Positions 11,610-23,559 of a DNA stretch of 64,000 nucleotides are shown one piece after another. The position numbers and the translations under genes were made by a program. Origin of the DNA: Scenedesmus sp. PABB004 (Eukaryota); assembly GCA_014905635.1 (NCBI GenBank), contig JABVCE010000008.1, positions 1,240,001 to 1,304,000 of the forward strand, read 5' to 3'. The notes beneath the pieces were generated by a model, which ran no database searches, was not told the DNA's origin, and was given only the letters and a program-made list of their open reading frames with translations. Position 1 is the first letter of the stretch. The number at the start of each line of letters is the position of its first letter.

Positions 11610-11912
11610 GGATGGTGGCATTCTCCCAGCACTCCCGCGCGCGCGGGTTGCGCGCTCGCGGGCACGCGCGACCCGCGGTCACCGGCTGCCGCCGACACTG
11701 AAATACTGCTACTGCCCAGCAGCGAGCGATCGGTCAAGGTGTGTGCGCGGAGACAGCACTGAGTGTGTGCAGGCGACGCTTTTGGGCGTGAGCGTGGCCA
11801 CGGGCGGCAGCTGCGCGTGAGTGACTGACTATACCAAAGTGATGGGATCCGTGTTTGCGCCGTAGGCGCTTGTTCACCCCTGGTAACGCCCTTCTTCTGG
11901 CGACGCCGGGAG

Positions 11913-12452
11913 TCACCCTGACATCGCCTTCGCGGGCGGGCGGCCCGGCGCAGCCTCTCCCGACACCCTGAGCTCCGTCGCCTCCTGCGCCAGCAGAGCG
12001 CGCGAGGGCCTCCTCCAGGCCCTCGCCAGAAGCAGTGGGCGGGCGGCGGCAGCAAGCGAGGCAGCGAACGAGCGTCGGCGAGGGGCGAGCGCGCGCGTGC
12101 AGGGCGCCCCGCAGCCTGCGGGCGGCGGTGGCGGCACTCACGCCTGGACCACGCGCTGCTCGATCACGCGCTGCTCGCCCACGCGCTGCAGCTGCTCCAG
12201 CCCAGCCGCGCCTGCGCCGCCGCGCCCTGCGGCGGGAGTGCTCGCCGACGAGGCTTCCCAGAACCGCTGCCGCCACGCCGCAAGGGCTGGCTCGCGACGC
12301 GCGTCACGGCGCTCCCGACTAGTCTGGCGTGCGTCCACGGAGGTCTGCCGCCGCGTGTGCGAGCGCGCGGAGCTGGAGGAGGTGGCAAAGCGTGTGTGAG
12401 CGCGCCGGCTGTGGCGCTTGCGCTGCAGCATGGCGGGCTGGCCATTGACCAC
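11913..12452 (-). CDS. Possible small two-exon hypothetical protein
   Basis: ORF 12138-12452 ends at a GTGAGT donor (about 12141) and a downstream frame stops at 11913; no recognisable homology. Confidence 0.2.
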
Positions 12453-13112
12453 TCATCACCAGTTGCTTAGAGCAACCCATGCACCCTCATCATTCTCATG
12501 TCCCTTTGCGATGCACCAGAGGCGGCGAACGAGCGTTCCTAGTCGCGCCCGGCGCTTGGCGTGAGGGCTCGAGCGCATGGCAACGTTGCGGTTAACCGCC
12601 TCGGCTTGTTGCTTGCTCAGTCGACCGCCTCGGATGGCGTACCTGCACGCCACACGTGCCGGCAGGGCGGCGCCGGCGGCCCGGCACAGCTCGGGCCGCG
12701 GGACGGGCGTGCGGGCCCGCACGCGCCGTGCTGCGCGCTGCGCGCTGCGCGCTGCACCCGGCCGCTGCCGGCACGCCCGCGAAGAAGCGACAGCACGAGC
12801 TCCCCGTCAGCCACGCCCGCGGACGCCCGCGGCCGCCGGAGCCACGCCCGCCGGCCAGGGCGAGCCCGCGGTTGTGTGACGCGTCGAGCAGCTCCACAGC
12901 GTGTGGCGTGCCTGCAGACGACACACGGCCGCCCGCGAACGCCGGGCCCAGCCAGCCGGCTGCGCTGAGGCCGGCCGGAGCGGCGGGCGTCAGTAGGTGC
13001 CCCGGCGGCGGCGGCTGGCAACGCCGCGAGCGAGGGGCTCCGCCCGTCCGAGGTTGCACCCGGATCGCAAGCACCGGCCCGGCCTCGCGCCCGGGCCGCT
13101 CCGCCGGCGCCC

Positions 13113-15777
13113 TCATGCCGCGCCTGCGCCGCCGCCGCACGCCGCGTCGTCGTCGTCCTGCAGCAGCTCCAGCACGCCCAGCGCGTCGTGCGCCGCGGCG
13201 AGGCGGCCCAGTCCCGCGGCCTCGAGCCGGCCGGCGCGGCGCCAGAGCGAGCGAAAGGCGCGGACGTTGTGCGCTGCCTCCCGCACGGGGTCCTCGTTCA
13301 GCGGAAAGGTATCAAAGTAGAGCAGGGGCGGCTGCTGCTGCGGCGGCGGCTGCGAGCCCTCGGGTGAGCCGCTGCCGCCGGCACGGGCGAGGCGGCGCAG
13401 CTGCACGACGAGCTCGAGCGCGGCGCGCGGGGAGGCGGAGCCGAAGGGCAGCCCGTCCTCCGCGCCCAGGCGCACGTGCGCGTCGTTCAGGTGCAGGCCG
13501 TGGAGCCGGCCGGCGCGGGCGGCGAGCGCGACGCTCGCCGCGGCGACCTCGCCCGCGAGCAGCATGTGCCCCACGTCCAACACGACGCCCAGGTTGGCGG
13601 CGCCCGCCTCCTGCACCAGCAGCAGCGCCGCCGCGGTGCTCGGCACGAACGCAAAGCGCGACGCCGGGTCGGTCGGCTTGGGCTCCAGGCCCACGCGCAG
13701 GCGCGGGCAGGCGGCGGCGAGCGCGCGCAGCGCTTCCACGCTGCGCGCCCACGCCGCGTCGTGGTCGGCCGCCAGGAAGTGGTCGTGGCCGTCATACGGG
13801 CTCCACACCACCACCGCGCCCGCGCCGAGCGCCTCCGCCCAGCGGCACCCCGCCGCCGCGAGCTCCAGCGCGGCGCGTCGCAGCGCGGCGTCGGGGTTTG
13901 TGAACGCACCCGCGCGCAGCTCCGGGGGGAAGCGCAGGTTGACCGCGCGCGCGCGCAGCCCCGCGCTCCGCAGAGCGTCCAGCACCTGGCGTTTTTGGAG
14001 GGAGGGGGGGGGGGGTTGGCCGCCGCGCGCGCGATGCGGCACAAACACCAGGGCCACCGCGCCGCCCTCGCGCGTGCGCGCCCACCTCCTGCGTTGTCAC
14101 GCCCTGCGCGTGCTCTGGGTAGTTGAGGTGGGCCTCCGTCAGGCCCTCAACGCCCGCCTGGCGCGCAATCCAGCCCAGCGCGCTGTCGGCCGCAGCCGGG
14201 TGCGGGTGCGGCGGCGCGAGGTCGCGGCGGGCGCGCATCGAGTTGAGCCGCGACGCAAAGCCGTACGGGCACTCGTCGCCGGCGGCGGCGCCCGCCGCGC
14301 CGGCGTCGCAGCTGCCGCCGGGCCCGCAGCTGCCGGTGCCGCCGGTGCCGCCCACCGGTGCCGCCGCGGCGGCAGCCGCGGCCGGCCCGGGCTCGGGCCA
14401 GGCCAGCCCCGCGTCGGCCAGCAGCTGGGCCACCTCGGCGCGGCGCGGCAGGCTGGGCATCGCGCCCAGGCGGGACACAGCGATCGCGCCCGCCGCCGCG
14501 GCAAACCGCAACGCTTCCGGCAGCGTCCGGCCCTCCACGAGCGCCACGGCAAAGCCCGCACGGAACGCGTCGCCTGGCGGCGGCGGCGGAGGTGGCGGCG
14601 ACGGTAGGCGTTGGCGGCCGGCGGGCAGCACGCGCCGTCGGCCCGCACCCGCAGCGCCCGCCAGCCGCACCTGCTGCCGTGCCGTCCACGACGGCGCCGC
14701 CCGGCGGCGGCAGCGCCGCCTGGCGCAGCACTTCCCCACGCGCCGGCACAAGCAGCGCGCCGCGCTCGGCGAGCGTGACGAGCACGGCCCGCGCGCCCCG
14801 CGCGGTCAGGCTGCGCGCCGCCGCCACCACCTCCTCCTCGCTGCCGGTCGGCATGCCCAGAGTGAGCCGCTGCAGCTCGCTCTCGTTTGGCACCAGAACA
14901 TCCAGGGACTCCAGCAGCTCGTCGGGCAGCGGCCGGTCCTCGCCGCCCGCGTCCTGCGGCCGCGCGCGCGGGCGGCGGTCGGCGGCGGGCGTGGCGTGCT
15001 GCGCGCTGCCGACTGCGCGCGGGACACGCGGCCGCGCGGCGCCACGCCTGGATGACCGCCACGCCCGCCGCCGCCGCCGCGGCCGCGACGGCGACGTTGA
15101 CGTGCTCCGGCACCTCGCGCTGCAGCAGCAGCGCGCCCGCCCCGCGCAGGCGGTCCCCGAGGTGGTCGTCGCCGCCCTCCTCCCACGCCGCGTTGGCGCC
15201 GGGGAGCACCACGCTGGATGCGGCGCCGTCAGGCTCGAGCAGCACGACACCTTGGCCGCTCGGGAGGCCGACGTCGGCGCAGCCCGACACGTCCACGCCC
15301 GCGGCCGCGAGCTCGCGGCGCAGCATCGCCGCGTGGCCGTCGTCGCCGAAGCGGCACACGAAGCGCGCGGCGCCCGGCGCCGCCGCGAGGCGGGCGGCCG
15401 CCACGGCCTGGTTGGCGCCCTTGCCGCCGACCGCGAGGCTCGCGGCGGCCGCGCGCGCGGTCGTCGTCTCGCCCTTGCCCGGCAGGCGGTGCACGGGGAC
15501 CGTGATGTCCACGTTAACCGAGCCCACCACCACAATCGACGCCCCGTTGGCAGCCGCAGCGCTGCCGGCGGCGGCGGCGGCGGGCGCGCGCTCGGCCGCA
15601 GCGGCGTGCCCGGCGGCCGCGCGTCGTTGGCGCGGGCAGCAGGCGGGCCCACGATGCCCCCGACCCTTACCCTGTCGCCAGGAGCAGCAGCAGCAGCAGC
15701 AAGCGGGCGGCCAGCGCGAGCGGCGGGCGCCGGCGGCGCCGGCCGCTGCTCTGCTGCCGGCACCGCGCGGCGCCCAT
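13113..15777 (-). CDS. Fusion protein: N-terminal signal/TM segment, PfkB ribokinase domain and xylose-isomerase-like TIM barrel (5 exons)
   Basis: ATG 15777, MGAAR...RLLLLLLLLATG, GTAAGG intron. Kinase motifs VVVGSVNVD, GGKGANQAVAAARL, VPNESEL, DGTAAGDAF. Isomerase motifs GAFTNPD, LEPKP, LDVGH, HLND, YFDTFP. Stop 13113. Confidence 0.85.
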
Positions 15778-16353
15778 TTAGCCCGAGCGCGCAGGGGCCG
15801 GGAGGGCGGCGCGGTTGCGCGTTGGCCGCGCGGTGTTCGCGGCGGGAGGCTGTGCGGGACCGACCGCCGGAGGCTGCGGGCCAGCAGGGAGCAGCAGGCC
15901 CCGCGGGCCGCGCCCGCGCCAACCGCCGCGAGCGCGCCGCGCGCAGGCGCTCGCGCACTGCCACGGCGGCTGGGACGCCGCTGGCGGCAGCGCCGTCTGC
16001 CGCGTGCCGGGGCTGCTGGTGACGCCTGTCGCGACGTTCACCGCGCCGTCATTGCGTCGCCTTATGTGTGTGCTAATGTGCAGGCTTATGTGCAGCAGCA
16101 GCATGCAGAGGCGCTCCATCCTGCGGTCAGTCATGGGTGGTGCAGTGCTCGCGCACGGTCGAGTGAGTACACGGCGCGCAGTCAGTCATGGTCAGGTGAG
16201 GTCATGGTCATCCAGGCCGCCGTTCAACGCGTGTCACCCCCCACTGGTCAAAAGCGTGCGCGGGGCAACGCGGTTCTTCGGCAGCACACAGCAGAGAGCC
16301 CCATCCCCCCTCTCTCCAGCCCCGGGGCCCTCCAGCAGGCCCAGCAGCAGTGC

Positions 16354-19300
16354 TCACTGCTGCTCGCCGCCGCCGCCGTGGCGGTCGCGCTCCCAGAGCC
16401 ACACCGACGCCGTCCCCTCCGCCGCCGCCTCGGGCAGCGCCGGCGCGCCGGCCGCGCCGTCGCCCGCCGCCGCCGCGGCGGCCGCCGCGGCCGCGGCGTC
16501 GGCGAGCGCCGCGCGCGCGGCGCCGAGCTCGCCCGCGAGGCGGTGCTCCGCGACGCCGAGGCGAGCGTGCACCGCGCGCACCTCCTCGCGCGTGGTCGCG
16601 AGGTCGGCCTGATAGACGCTGATCTGGCGGTTCAGCTCCGCCAGCTGCGCGACCGCGTCGGCCGCCCAGCCGCGCGCGGCGCCGAGGTCGGCGGCCGCGC
16701 CGCCCGCCGCGGCGGCGCTCTCCGCCTGCGCGTGGCGCAGCACCGCGACCTCCTCCGCTGCCGCCGACAGCCGCGCGGCGAGCTGCTGCGCCTGGCGCTC
16801 CGCCGCCTCCTTGACGGCCGTCGACGTGGCGAGCTGCGCCGCGAGCGCCGAGGCCTCGGCCTGCAGCGTCGCGGACACCTCCTGCTGCGACAGCAGCTCG
16901 CTGCGCGCGGCCGAGGCGTGGCGCTGCAGCACCTCCACCTCGGCGCGCGCCTTCTCGAGCTGCGTCTGCTGCTCTGCGAGCTGCTCGCGCAGCGCTGCCT
17001 GCTCCTGCTCCGCCGCCGCCGCCGCCGCCTGCGCCTGCGCGGCCTCCGCCTCGAGCCGCGCCTGCAGCTCGCCAAGCTGCTTCGCCAGCTCCGACGCGGT
17101 GCTCTCAGAGTCGGCCAGCTCCGAGCCTGCGGGCGGCGGCCGGGCGCGCGTCGGCGCGGCACCGGCGCGGCGCCGGCGCGGGGTGCGGGGCGCGGCTGGC
17201 TCACGTGCGGCCATGTACTGGCGCCCGAGCTCCCACAGCTCCGCCGCCGCCAGCCCGAGCTCGCTGCTGCTGACGGAGAGCTGCGCCTGCAGGCCGGGGA
17301 TGTCCATGCTGGAGAGGTCCAGGCCCTCCTCTGCCTCCGCGGCCATGATCGCGGCGAGACGCGCCTCCAGGTCGGCCTGCTGCTGCTGCGCGCGCTCCAG
17401 CTCCGCCTGGCAGCGCTCAAACTCGACGCCTGCGGGGCGCCGCGGCAGAAGGCGCGCGCGCGGGTTGGCGGGCGGGGCGCGAGTTGGCGGGCGGGCGGGC
17501 GGGCGGCGGCTGCGGCGGCGCGCGGGCGGCCCAGCCCCTGCGCGCCCCGCCCCGCCCCGCCGGCGGCGCGGGCCTCACGTGCGCTGCGGTACTTGAGCTC
17601 TGCGCTCTGCCGCTTCTCCGCCGCCTCGCTCGCCGCCGCCTGCGCCTCCTTGGTCTCCGCCAGCAGCGCGTTGAGCTGCGCGCCGTGCTGCTGCTGCTGC
17701 GCCGCGCGCAGCTCCTGCAGCGACGTGATGCGCTGGCGCAGCTGCTCCGCGCGCATCTCGTGCCGCTGCGCCTTGGCGCGCTCGGCCTCCAGGCCCTCGC
17801 CTGCAGTGGCGAGCGAGCGGCGGCGGCGAGCGAGCGGCGGCAGTGAGCGAGGGACGGCCGCGCGCGGGGCGCCGCGCAGCATGCGGGCAGCGGCGCGGCA
17901 CTCACGGGCCTCGACCACGCGCTGCTGCATCTGCTCCAGCTGGGCCTGCGCCGCCATGGCGACCGCGGCCTGCGCCGCGGCCTCCTGCTCCTGCTCGCGC
18001 AGCTGCTGCTGCAGCGCGTTGGCCTCGGCCCGCGCCGCAATCTCGGCGGCCTTGGCGCTGGCGGCCGCTGCCTGCGCAGCCGCCAGCTGCTCCTGCACCT
18101 GCGCCAGCGCCTGCTCGTGCTGCGCCAGCGAGGCCTGCGCGGAGCGCACCGCCGTGGCCGCGCGCGCCTCCGCGTCCTGCAGCTGCCCCCGCAGCGCCCG
18201 CAGCTGCTTGCGGTGTTCCTCCTCTGCCGCCGCGAGCCGCTCGCGCGTCGCGGCGAGCGCGGCCGCGGTGGCGGCCTGCTGCTCCGCGGCGGCGGTGGCG
18301 GCCTCCTCGGCCGCCGCGGCGAGCTGCGCGTGCGCCTCCATCGCCGCAGAGGCCGCCGCCGCCTCGGCCGCCGCCGCCTGCGCCGCGCCGGTCTCCCGGA
18401 TGTGCGCGAGGCGCTGCTGCAGCTCTTCCGCCGCCGACTGCAGCTGGCCCATGGCCGTCCGCTCTGCCGCCAGCTGCTTCTTGAGCGCGGCGCGGCTGTC
18501 CTCCAGCTCCTTGGCCTGCGAGCGCACCGCGGCAGGAGGCGAGGCGAGCGGCGTGAGCAGTGTGGGTCGCGCTTGCAGCGGCCCGTGCCGCCCCACGCGG
18601 GGGCGGCGCTGCTGCTGGCGGCGGCGCGGCGTGGTCGCAGCGCCGCGCCACGCGCGCACCTTGGCCTGCGCGTCCTGCTGCTGGTGCGTCGACTCCGCCA
18701 GCTGCGCGCGCAGCGCCCGCAGCTCGCTCGCCAGCTGGTAACCGCCGGCCTCGCTGAGGCTGGCCATGCTGGCGATGCGCTGCTGAAGGCTGGCCGCGCG
18801 CGCCTCCAGCGTCGCGACGCGCTCCTGCTCGCTGCGCAGCGCCGACTCTGCGCGGGCCGGCGGCGGCGGCGGCGGGCGGGGGGTTGGCGCTCGCTGCCAC
18901 GCGCCCACGCAGCCGCAGCGCCGGGAGAGGGGGGGCACTCACTCGCGCCGGAGAGCTCCCCCTCGAGCCCCGCCACGCGGCCCGACGCCTGCGCCAGCAG
19001 CGCCTCGGTCTCGGCGGCGTGCTGCTGCTGCAGCGCCTCGCTGACCTCCGCCAGCTGCGCCTCGGCGCGCTCCTTCTCGGCCCGGAGCTCCTCCAGCGCC
19101 TGCTGCGCGGCGCGCGCCTCGGCCGCCGTCGCTTCGGCGTCGGCGCGCGCCGCTGCGGCCGCCGCGGCCGCGGCCTCGAGCGCCTCGGCCGCCGCGACCG
19201 CCTGGCCGTTGGCGCCGTCCAGCGCCGCGGTCAGCCGCGTCTGCTCGGTGGAGAGGTTGGCAGCCCTGGCGCGCTCAGCGAGCAGGCTCGAGCCTGTGCG

Positions 19301-22300
19301 CGCGCGTGGCGGCGGGGCGGGGCGGCCGTCGGCGCGCGCCGCGCGGCCACGGGCGGCCCCCGCGCAGCCCGAGCGCAGCGCGCGCCCGAGGGGCGCGCCG
19401 CACTCACTCGCGTCGCGCAGCTCCTGCTGCATGCGCGTGAGCTGAACCTTCAGCTCCCCCCGCTGCTGGCGCTCGCGTCGGATCTCCTCCTGCGCCGCCT
19501 CCAGCTGCGCGTGCAGCTCCTGAAGCTCCGCCGCCTGCTGCGCCGCCTCCTGCTCGCGGCGCTGCAGCGCCCGGTGGTGCCGCTCCTGCCGCAGCGCCTC
19601 GAGCCGCTGCGCCTCGGCGAGCTGCTCAGCGAGCTCCTGCGCCGCTGCCTGCTGCGCGGCCGCCACGTCCGCCAGCGCCGCGGCGTGCTCGCCCGCCTGC
19701 TGCTGTAGCTGCTCGCGCAGCGCGCCCGCCTCGGCCGATGCGGCCTGCAGCGACGCCTGCGCGGCGTCCAGGCGTTGGGCGAGGCCCGCGGCCTGCGCGC
19801 GGCGTGGCGCGTGGCCGGGGGGTTTGAAAGCCGCGGCTCAAGCGCGGCGCTGTGGGCTGTCCCCGCAGCCCGCCGCGCTGCCCAGACGCACAGCAGCGCG
19901 CGCGCGCGCGGCCGCGGCGCCGCAAGGGCCCCACCTGCTGCTGCTCGTTGACCAGCGCCGACGTCGCGCCCTTGAGCTCGAGCTCAGCCGTCGCGTTGAG
20001 CTCCGCCGCGGCTGCGAGGCGGTGCTGCGTGTCGGCCAGCTGCTGCTGCGCCAGCGCGAGCAGCACGTCGCGGTCGCCGCCCTGCTGGAGCACGAGCTGG
20101 CCCTGCAGCTGCAGCATGTCGCGCTGCAGCGTGGCCGCGCGCGCCTCGGCCGCCGCGCGCGCCGCGCGCTCGGTCTCGAGCTGCCGCTGCGCCGCCGCCG
20201 CCGCGGCCTGCTCCGCCTGCAGCTGCCGCCGCGCCGCTGCCGCCGCCTGCTCCGCTTCGAGCTGCTGCTGGGCAGCCGCCGCCCTGCCCGCCTGCTCGGC
20301 TCGCAGCTGCTCCTGGGCGGCCGCGGCCTCGGCCTCGGCGGCGGCGCGCTGTGCATCGTGGAGCTGCTGCTGCGCCGCACCCGCCGCCGCAGCTGCAGCC
20401 TCGTCAGCCTCCATGCTGCTGATGGCGCTGGGGCTGGCGCCGGCGGGCTCGGCGCGGCGCGGGCCCCAGCCGCGCTGCTGCAGCACCAGCCTGCCCTGCA
20501 GCTGCGCGACCTCGCGCTGCAGCTCCGCCGCGCGCGCCTCTGCCGCAGCCGCGGCGGCGCGCCCAGCCTCCAGCTGCTGCTGCTGCGCTGCACTCGCGGC
20601 CATGGCAGCCTCTGTCTCGGCAGTCTGCTGGCTGCTGCTGCCGAGAGGCTCGTCGCGGCGCGGGCCCCAGCCGCGCTGCTGCAGCACCAGCCTGCCCTGC
20701 AGCTGCGCAACGTCGCGCTGCAGTCCCGCCGCGCGCTCCTCGGCTGCGGCCTTGGCGGCGCGCTCCGCCTCAAGCTGCTGATGAGACGCAGCAGCATCCG
20801 CGGCGGCGCGCTCGGCGTCCGCAGCGGCGCGCTCGGCGTCCGCAGCGGCGCGCTCGGCGTCCGCGGCGGCACGCTCGGCGTCCGCCAGCTGCTGCACTGC
20901 GCTCGCGGACATGGCAGCCTCCGTCTCGGCAGTCCGCTGGCTGCTGCCCAGAGGCTCGTCGCGGCGCAGGCCCCAGCCGCGCTGCTGCAGCACCAGCCTG
21001 CCCTGCAGCTGCGCAACCTCGCGCTGCAGCGCCGCTGCGCGCTCCTCGGCTGCGGCCTTGGCGGCGCGCTCCGCCTCCAGCTGCTGCTGGGACGCAGCAG
21101 CCTCTGCGGCGGCGCGCTCGGCGTCCGCCAGCCGCCGCTGCAGCGACTCGCTCTCGGCCACTGCGGCCGTCTGCGCGGGAGCATCAGGGCTGCTGCTGCC
21201 GGCAGGCTCGTCGCGGCGTGGGCCCCAGCCGCGTTGCTGCAGCACCAGCCTGCCCTGCAGCTGCGCGACCTCGCGCTGCAGCTCCGCCGCGCGCGCCTCT
21301 GCCGCGGCCGCGGCGGCGCGCCCCGCCTCCAGCTGCTGCTGAGACGCAGCAGCCTCCGCACCGGCGCGCTTAGCGTCCGCCAGCTGCTGCTGCTGCACTG
21401 CGCTCGCGGACATGGCAGCCTCTGTCTCAGCAGTCTGCTGGCTGCTGCTGCCGGCAGGCTCGTCGCGGCGCGGGCCCCAGCCGCGCTGCTGCAGCACCAG
21501 CCTGCCCTGCAGCTGCGCAACGTCGCGCTGCAGCGCTGCTGCGCGCTCCTCAGCTGCGGCCTTGGCGGCGCGCTCCGCCTCCAGCTGCTGCTCGGCTGCC
21601 ATCGCAGCCTTGGCGGACACCTGCTCCGGGTCGGCCACCTGCGGTTGCTCCTCACGCTGAGGGGCCCAGCCCTTGCGCTGCAGCAGCAGCTGCGCTTTCA
21701 GCTGCTCCACTTCTTGCTGCAGCGCGGCCGCCTGCACCTCGGAGGCGGCCGACGACGCGCGAGCGGCCTGCAGCAGCTGCTGCGCCTCGCCGGCACCCTC
21801 CTCGCTGGCAACCTGGCGCTGCACCTCGCTGTCGCTGCTGCTGGACGCCTCGCTGGTCTGCGGGCCCCAGCCCTGGCCCTGCAGCGCCAGGCGGCCCTGC
21901 AGCTGCGTGGCCTCGCGCTGCAACGCGGCCGCCTGCGACTGCGCGGCTGAAGCGGCACCCCGGACCGCCTGCAGCAGCCAGCGCGCCTGCTCCGCATCGG
22001 CGCCAGCGGCGGGCCCGCCTGCCTCGGCCGGCAGCGCAGCCGCGCCGCCGCCTTCGCTGCTGCTCGCGCCGGCAGCCGCGCTGCTCTGGCTATGCCGCTG
22101 CACCAGCTTGCTCTGCAGCTCTGCAGCCTTGCGCTGCAGCGCCGCCGCCTGCTCCTCTGCGGCCGCCGCGGCCGCCCTGGCCGTTCTCAGCAGCTGGTCT
22201 GCCTCGGCGGCAGCAGCGCCAGCGGGCGCCGTCTGGCCGTCCAGCAGGCGCGGCAGCGGCGCCTGCGGCTGCTGCGGCTGCTGCGGCTGCTGCGGTGGCG

Positions 22301-23524
22301 CCCGCAGCTGCCTCTCCGCCGCCGCCGCGGCCTGCGCCGCCGCGGCCGCGGCCTCCCTGGCTGCAGCTGCGGCCTCCTCGGCCGCCACGGCCTCCTCGGC
22401 CGCTGCGGCGACCGCGGCAGCGCCGCCGCCTAGCGCCGCGCCGCCACCCCAGCTGCGCCGCTGCAGCGTCAGGCGGCCCTGCAGCTGCGCCACATCGTTC
22501 TGCAGCCCTGCCAGCCGCGCCTCGGCCGACGCCCGCGCCGCGCGCTCCGCCGCGAGCAGCTTCTGCGCCGCGGCCACCTCAGCGCGCATGGCGTCGGCGG
22601 CGCCGCGACGCGCCTCCTCGGGCGCCCGCTGCGTCCAGTCTGCCGGCGGCTGCTGCGTCGGCTGCATGAGCGAGTAACGCCCCCCCTCGCTGCCGGCGAC
22701 CGGGCCCGCGGCGGCCACCACCGCGCCGCGGCCGTGCGAGCGCTCCGGCTCGGCGGGCACCGGCGCGGCCTCGTCCGCCAGCGGCGGCTGCTGCTCCGGC
22801 TGCTGCTGCCTGCTCGCCCCCGGCCCGCCGGCCTGCAGTGCGCCGCTGGCCCAGGTGCGTGGCCGGCCGTCACCTTGCTCGCCTGCCGCCACCGCTGTCT
22901 GCGGGGGCGCAGGGGGCGCCGGCGGAGCCGCCGCGTCTGCCTGCACCTCCCCCTCGGGCGCCGCCGCCGCTGCTGCAGGGCTGTCTGCGCCCTGCTGCGC
23001 GGCGCGCGGCGCGCCGACCGCGGCAGCCGCTGCGCCATCAGCAGGCTGCTCCTGCTGCCGCCAGCTCTGCACGCTGTCGCCGTCCGCCTCGCCCTGGCGG
23101 CGCTGCATCAGCAGCCGCGCGGCGCTGCTCAGCAGGCTGCCGGCGCCCAGCTTGAGGTCCGCGGACAGCTGGGGGCTGACCGCCTCGCCCTCGCGCCGGC
23201 TCGGCGTCTGCCGCGGGGTCGCCGGCGGCGCCTGCGCGCCGTCCTGCCGGGCCGCCAGCTCCGGGGCGCCGGCGCTGTGCGGCGCACCCGCCAGCTCCGC
23301 GTCAGGCTTGCAGACCCCTGCTGCGCTGCTCCGACCGCCGTCGACCACGCCGGCGGCGCTGGAGCGCGGGCCGTCGCCGCCGCCGCCGTCGCGCGAGGCG
23401 AGCAGGGCAAGGGCGGTGCCCACCACGCCGCCGACCACGGCCCAGCCGCCGCCGGGCAGGCCTGGCGCCGCGGGCGCGCCGCGCCCCTCAGCCTCCAGTC
23501 CCTGCTCAGGCGCTGCGGCGTGCG

Positions 23525-23559
<35 letters not shown>

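Larger units (their letters stand above)
10843..11911 (+). mobile_element. 5'-truncated L1/Tx1-like non-LTR retrotransposon (insert 10858-11896) with 15-bp target-site duplication
   Basis: Identical CTGGCGACGCCGGGA at 10843-10857 and 11897-11911. Contains an ORF2 C-terminal zinc-knuckle region, a roughly 290-nt 3' UTR ending in CTTCTT, lower GC than the flanks and no introns. Confidence 0.85.
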
